IMG/VR virus record: IMGVR_UViG_3300025138_000060
Coordinates: 1-51,201 of that record
Reading direction: 5' to 3' (one strand)
From: a virus
Lineage: Duplodnaviria; Caudoviricetes
DNA length: 51,201 nucleotides
Shown here piece by piece: positions 46,434 to 51,201 of the stretch (position 1 is its first letter; each line of letters opens with the position of its first letter). A program made the translations under genes and the position numbers. The notes beneath the pieces are model-generated. The model was given only the letters and a program-made list of their open reading frames with translations. It was not told the origin of the DNA and did not search any database.

Positions 46434-47822
46434 TTATCCTGTGCTTGCGAATGGAGAGGCAAATCCAGAATTAGGCACTGCGCTTGAAGAGGCAGGGGTT
46501 AAATTACCCATTGCCGCATTAGCACCCGGTCTGGATTGTAAGTTATTCAAATTTTGTAATACGGTTCGAATATTAACCGTCTTAGATCCAAGCCCCTGAC
46601 CAGAACTATCGAAACTATTTAAGATCAGGTTGCCTTGCTCATCCATTGCCCGTGCAATAGTATTTCCTTGATCGTCTATGGTATTTTCGATTAATTTTCC
46701 GTTATCATCAAAGGCATTGCCCAACTGATTAAACTCTTGGCGCATACCCATATCTAAGTCTGTTTGACTTGAAGCAATTTTAGCTAGGTCTCTAGTCTGA
46801 GTAATCTGCCCTGCATCCAGCCCTGCTAATCCTTGTGCAAACTGGCTTTCTAGGCTTGCAGCTTTCTGGGCGGCTGCTTGAGCATCTCCTTGTGCAGCAA
46901 CAAACCCGCCTTCAACTGTGTCTCCTAATGTCTTCAGTCTACTATCTACACCCTGTGCCACGTTATCTACTTGAGTAGTTGCAGCTTGTGCAAATTTACC
47001 CATATCTTCTCTTAGTCGATCTGTTTGGTTAGCCTGTGCGGTGGCTAAATCAGTCCTAGCTGTTTGAGCTAATTCTTCATCTTCGCCATAACGCTCTACG
47101 TAGTTATCAAAACTAGAAACAAAACCATCTTGCCCAGATTGAAGGGCTGCTTGATTTATTAAGGATTGGTCGGCATAGATATCTGCGGCACTAGACATAG
47201 TGTTTAAATCTGTTTGCAATTGGTTTTGGCTTGTTAATACATTAGATTGCGTATCTGCTAATTGCGTAGATGCATCTCCAAAACCTGTATTAAGAGCATC
47301 CCCTGTGTCTTGAAACCCAGTGGCTAAAGCAGCATCTGTAGTATTGAAACGTGCAGTACGATCAGCTTGTGCGTCAGCAAAACTTTGATCCTGATTTACA
47401 AAACCTTGATCTACCGCGCCTTGTACATTATTTACGCTAGTATCTAGAGTATTAAAGCGTTGGCCTTGGTCATTAAAACCACCTGTTACATCAGTTTGTA
47501 AGTTGCCAAGGGCTTGGTTGTTGGTGGCAAGGGCTGTAGCGTTGTTTCCAATTTGTGCGCTAACTCCAGAAAACTGGTCATTCATCCCAGTATTGTAAGT
47601 ATCGAGCAAAGACTGGATATTAGTAAAACCTGCATCCATTCCAGTATTTATGTTAGTACCTAAGTTAGTAACACCAGAAGATAAGTTGTCTAATTTAGCA
47701 CCCGCCCCAAGAAAACCTTCTTCAGCCTGTGCCCCTAAGAGGCCTTGGTTAGTTTGGAGTTGTGCATACTGATCATCTCCTAGACCCGTATTAGTTGTAC
47801 TACTCGATCTGTTAAAACTCAT
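46434..47822 (-). CDS. Putative internal virion protein with amphipathic repeats
   Basis: 462 aa, recurring GF motifs, Gln/Asn/Asp-rich. Confidence 0.5.
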   Translation of the reverse strand: MSFNRSSSTTNTGLGDDQYAQLQTNQGLLGAQAEEGFLGAGAKLDNLSSGVTNLGTNINTGMDAGFTNIQSLLDTYNTGMNDQFSGVSAQIGNNATALATNNQALGNLQTDVTGGFNDQGQRFNTLDTSVNNVQGAVDQGFVNQDQSFADAQADRTARFNTTDAALATGFQDTGDALNTGFGDASTQLADTQSNVLTSQNQLQTDLNTMSSAADIYADQSLINQAALQSGQDGFVSSFDNYVERYGEDEELAQTARTDLATAQANQTDRLREDMGKFAQAATTQVDNVAQGVDSRLKTLGDTVEGGFVAAQGDAQAAAQKAASLESQFAQGLAGLDAGQITQTRDLAKIASSQTDLDMGMRQEFNQLGNAFDDNGKLIENTIDDQGNTIARAMDEQGNLILNSFDSSGQGLGSKTVNIRTVLQNLNNLQSRPGANAAMGNLTPASSSAVPNSGFASPFASTG

Positions 47823-48292
47823 TTGCTATCCTTTACTCCTAAGAAACCAACATCCCGGTATCCCATTCGTTGTAAAAACTTTTTATATCCAGTGCCGTAT
47901 GCTTCAGTGGACGCTCCTATGGATATTTCTTCAGCGCCGTTTTTTCTGCCCCACTTTTCAAAGTGCAAAACCATATTCTTTAATATCAAGGGCGCGTTTC
48001 TTCGATGCTCTGGTAAAATACAAACCGCCCAATCACCCGCATATTTCATGTCAGAAAAATAATGAAAATCTACGTAGCCGTGAAAATAACCAAGTATCTC
48101 GCTTGAGTTGTGTTTTAGTGCTACTGACACATAAACATTGCTGTTTGGGTTTAAACTTAATGACAGAAGACGTTTAACTTTATCTTCTTTGTAGGTAAAA
48201 ACTTTATAGCGTGAATTTTGATGAAGCCACTTAGATATTTTTAAAACTGAAGGTAAATCGGTTTCTCTAAGTCGCCGTATATAAACGGTCAT
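47819..48292 (-). CDS. GNAT-family acetyltransferase
   Basis: IRRLRETDL, ILPEHR, FEKWGRKNGA, FLQRMGY. Confidence 0.75.
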   Translation of the reverse strand: MTVYIRRLRETDLPSVLKISKWLHQNSRYKVFTYKEDKVKRLLSLSLNPNSNVYVSVALKHNSSEILGYFHGYVDFHYFSDMKYAGDWAVCILPEHRRNAPLILKNMVLHFEKWGRKNGAEEISIGASTEAYGTGYKKFLQRMGYRDVGFLGVKDSK

Positions 48293-48322
48293 ACAAACCT
48301 AATTTGATATAATTATGTAATT

Positions 48323-48352
48323 ATTATAGCACTTTATTAATACACTAGGCAA
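48323..48352 (-). promoter_or_regulatory. sigma70-type promoter with operator-like motif in spacer
   Basis: TTGCCT-18 bp-TATAAT, extended TG. Confidence 0.7.
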
Positions 48353-48355
48353 GTG

Positions 48356-48664
48356 CTATCTTCTGCCTATATTAGTAAATCCAAAAAAACTTGCTACCAG
48401 CGCAGAAACACTTACAAAGTACACCCCAGCTATAGAAGTAAGGCTTTCTGTGGCCTGATCTAAACCTGCCCATGATGTTGCAACAATAGAGAATGGATAC
48501 AGTAGCATCCCGCCTAGTGCGAACCATATCATGGATCTCTGCTGATCTCTCTTACTGTTTTCGTCATCAATACGCATACGGCGGTCTTCAAGCTCCAGCT
48601 TCTGCCACTCCGCTGGATCTATGTGACCATTTCCATCTGTGTCGTATTTTTCGAATTCAGTCAT
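48356..48664 (-). CDS. Two-TM holin-like protein with N-terminal EF-hand-like loop
   Basis: DTDGNGHIDPAE followed by two hydrophobic helices. Confidence 0.6.
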   Translation of the reverse strand: MTEFEKYDTDGNGHIDPAEWQKLELEDRRMRIDDENSKRDQQRSMIWFALGGMLLYPFSIVATSWAGLDQATESLTSIAGVYFVSVSALVASFFGFTNIGRR

Positions 48665-49023
48665 TATTCAGCAGCCCAAGGTACGCCAGTAGAGTTAGCA
48701 GCGGCACGATCTATCTGCCCTTGCACCTTTGCTGTATTCTCAGCTTCAGTACGAGCTTTAGCTTCAGCGGCGGTTTCATCTGAGCCATCTTCTTTTTGCT
48801 CAATTAGACTACTATACACCCAACCAAGCACATCGGCTTCCGTAAGGTCTGCGTATGCAATGTAATCTGATGCGGAAGGGTCAGCAGTGCAGCGTAGCTT
48901 GCCACCGTATTGTGCTGTATATGTGCCGTCATTTGAAATTAGTGACCAGTTAACAAGGAATACACCGCCATCTGAATCTTTATGCGTCATGTCGTTGACG
49001 CTCCAAGTTGTAGTTATTGCCAT
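48664..49023 (-). CDS. Tail-fibre-associated small protein
   Basis: W-rich, YIAYADLTEADVLGWV, GVPW end; follows fibre gene. Confidence 0.6.
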   Translation of the reverse strand: MAITTTWSVNDMTHKDSDGGVFLVNWSLISNDGTYTAQYGGKLRCTADPSASDYIAYADLTEADVLGWVYSSLIEQKEDGSDETAAEAKARTEAENTAKVQGQIDRAAANSTGVPWAAE

Positions 49024-49027
49024 TTGT

Positions 49028-51031
49028 TTATCCTTCCAATGCCGTTAAGCGTGTCTCAATAGCTGCAAATCGTTGCTCATTGTATGCCGCTAAGAATGAC
49101 AGCAACTCAGGATAACGCATACCTAAACGTGTCTTTTTAGTTGACCCTTCTGGCGCTTCATCTTCACTTGCCCACTTATCTGTTCTGGTATAAGCGTCAG
49201 CAGCTTCAATGCCTTCATCCTCATTAGCTTCAACGGCTGCAACCTCAACGTCTTTTTCCCACCAAGGACTTTCTATAAATAAAGAGTAATCCCCTGCATC
49301 TAAACCCTCTGCGGTAAAAGCATCTTGTACATCTTGTGCTATAACACCTGTGTGTGTACGAGCAGTTTCTCCTTTAGCTGCCTTTTCTGCAACTTTAGCT
49401 TTCCAACGGAATGTTTTAAATAAAACAGAAATACGTTTTGCTACTAACATTTCTTTTGAAGTAAGTGTAGCTATGTCTTGTTTATCATTACGGTCAGATG
49501 TTTGAATTGTTCCATTTGTAGCAAAAATGTCATTGAGCCTACCACTACCAAAACCCAAGTCAACTGCATCATCAGAGGCAGAACCATTTTTAAATGGTAC
49601 ATATGAAGCGGCGTCAAAGCGCAAACCAGATGCATCGCCTGTGCTTCTTATTAAAATCCTATTTCCGTTTATATCAATTTGACCTCTAGTAGTTCCTTGC
49701 TCAAAAAACTCTACCATACCAACATTGCCACTTGATGATGTTCTGTTTATTTTCAAAGCCATCCCATTACGACTTATACCCACCATTCCATCACTAAGAA
49801 GATTAGTTCCTACTGCGTTGTTGCCGACTGTGTTCATTTGAGTTGTGCCAATGCCTATCGTATCAGCACTAGCATCTACAAAAAACATATGATTGTTACT
49901 ACCACTGACAACACGGAAGTCTAAAGCACCACCACGGTCTATGTTAAATACTGCTCCAGCAGTGGGGGTAAAGGTAGCCATAGGAATAACAGAGCCAACG
50001 GTTGGCCTACCAGACCAAAGGTTTATACCACCGTCAGAATCGTTGTCATGGTTAAAAAGGTGAAGACCCCTTGCACTATCTGTGCTGGGATTTGTGCCTG
50101 TCATGCCCTTATAATAATCAGTGTAAGTACCCGCTTGGTATGACATGACCAGAGAGCCAGAGTAGTCTGTAGTAACACCAGCAATAGCAGCAAGTGATGC
50201 AATAGCAGCAGGTGTTGTAGTTGACGCTGCTCCGATTATAACTTGATCGTCTCCCCCATTAACAACTAGCATATTAGCGTTGTCATCTGATTTAACACGG
50301 AAGTCTATGTCTATACCTGCTTCGTTAAATACCATTGAAGCGACACTAGCATCAGTATTTATGAATGACTGTACTTCTCTGGGTGTTCCATTTAAATAAG
50401 CTGTCCAAGCAAACGATACATCTTCACTTCCTGCGGTAACATCTCGCATTCTAGCTGTTAAATCAAGAAAGTCATGCTCGGTTCCGTCACTGTTTTCACT
50501 AGTCCACTCTAAAACACCTATTAAATCATTATCTGCGGGGGAACCTGAATTTCTACGAAGTTTTAATCTCGGACCTTGGTTAGCATCGGCATCTGTTGAT
50601 ATAAGAGTTAGCTGTGCAAGGTTATCAGCAGTGCTTATTGTAGAAGCAGCATTACTAGCAAACCCACCATTAAACACAGTCGCAGCCGTAGTAGTCAGGA
50701 CGCCTGTTACTAGGGCAGTGCCATCAATTACAGCATTCGTAGCAACATCTATAGAGCCAATCACATTAACATTTGTTGTACCCGTAGGCACTTGCAGAAC
50801 CACCGCATCAGCATCATTCTTGATAGTAATATCACCACTAGAGCCTTGACCTGTAAGGATCAGACCTTCAGCCGCCGTGTATCCCATAGCCGCATTATCG
50901 CCAGCCGCTGTATCACCAGTTGCTTCGACAGTCAGACCTGTGATTACGCCGCTGGCATTGACGGCATCTAAAGTGATTGTGCCAGCAATGTCTTTGTCAG
51001 CGGAGTCGGCGAGATCTCTAGCTCTAGTCAT
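49028..51031 (-). CDS. Tail fibre/spike with C-terminal S74 intramolecular chaperone
   Basis: IQTSDRNDK, HTGVIAQDV, GMRYPELL, terminal coiled coil. Confidence 0.85.
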   Translation of the reverse strand: MTRARDLADSADKDIAGTITLDAVNASGVITGLTVEATGDTAAGDNAAMGYTAAEGLILTGQGSSGDITIKNDADAVVLQVPTGTTNVNVIGSIDVATNAVIDGTALVTGVLTTTAATVFNGGFASNAASTISTADNLAQLTLISTDADANQGPRLKLRRNSGSPADNDLIGVLEWTSENSDGTEHDFLDLTARMRDVTAGSEDVSFAWTAYLNGTPREVQSFINTDASVASMVFNEAGIDIDFRVKSDDNANMLVVNGGDDQVIIGAASTTTPAAIASLAAIAGVTTDYSGSLVMSYQAGTYTDYYKGMTGTNPSTDSARGLHLFNHDNDSDGGINLWSGRPTVGSVIPMATFTPTAGAVFNIDRGGALDFRVVSGSNNHMFFVDASADTIGIGTTQMNTVGNNAVGTNLLSDGMVGISRNGMALKINRTSSSGNVGMVEFFEQGTTRGQIDINGNRILIRSTGDASGLRFDAASYVPFKNGSASDDAVDLGFGSGRLNDIFATNGTIQTSDRNDKQDIATLTSKEMLVAKRISVLFKTFRWKAKVAEKAAKGETARTHTGVIAQDVQDAFTAEGLDAGDYSLFIESPWWEKDVEVAAVEANEDEGIEAADAYTRTDKWASEDEAPEGSTKKTRLGMRYPELLSFLAAYNEQRFAAIETRLTALEG

Positions 51032-51037
51032 TTTTGT

Positions 51038-51201
51038 TTATCCTTCTAATGCCGTAATACGAGCTTCTAATTCTAGTATTGTTTTGGCAAGCAGTGGGAC
51101 CAGCTTGCTTTGGTCTATGCCCTGCATATCTGGCATTGTATTGCCATCAGCATCTAACTTATTATCACCTACTGAAACACCATCTGGTAATTCTTCACCG
51201 T
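51038..51201 (-). CDS. C-terminus of another S74-chaperone tail fibre (partial)
   Basis: ...MQGIDQSKLVPLLAKTILELEARITALEG*. Confidence 0.8.
   Translation of the reverse strand, partial: GEELPDGVSVGDNKLDADGNTMPDMQGIDQSKLVPLLAKTILELEARITALEG

Overview
Nearly complete genome of a marine, probably temperate, podovirus-type dsDNA phage. It resembles the HMO-2011-type group (family A DNA polymerase with a DnaJ-type CxxCxGxG insertion, integrase upstream of primase/helicase). An alphaproteobacterial, possibly Roseobacter-group, host is inferred from a DUF1127 gene, a class II B12-dependent RNR and a tRNA-Asn attP. Layout: minus-strand tail, head and packaging genes (1-17.5 kb); a non-coding candidate terminus (17.6-18.2 kb); minus-strand early genes (18.3-22.5 kb); plus-strand integrase, attP and replication/nucleotide genes (22.8-35.7 kb); minus-strand ejection, lysis and tail-fibre genes (35.8-51.2 kb). 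No phage RNA polymerase or CI-like repressor was recognised; many host sigma70-type promoters are visible. Top candidate novelty: an unannotated ~76-nt small RNA (35763-35838) with its own promoter and terminator, whose central segment is complementary to the translation-initiation regions of about ten early and replication genes, suggesting a phage-encoded trans-acting sRNA regulon. Other highlights: a DUF1127 gene facing a perfect antisense promoter, a structured capsid leader with a recurring internal loop, a putative xxGG-motif processing system, and a toxin-like head-cluster effector. All calls were made by eye; no searches or folding programs were run.
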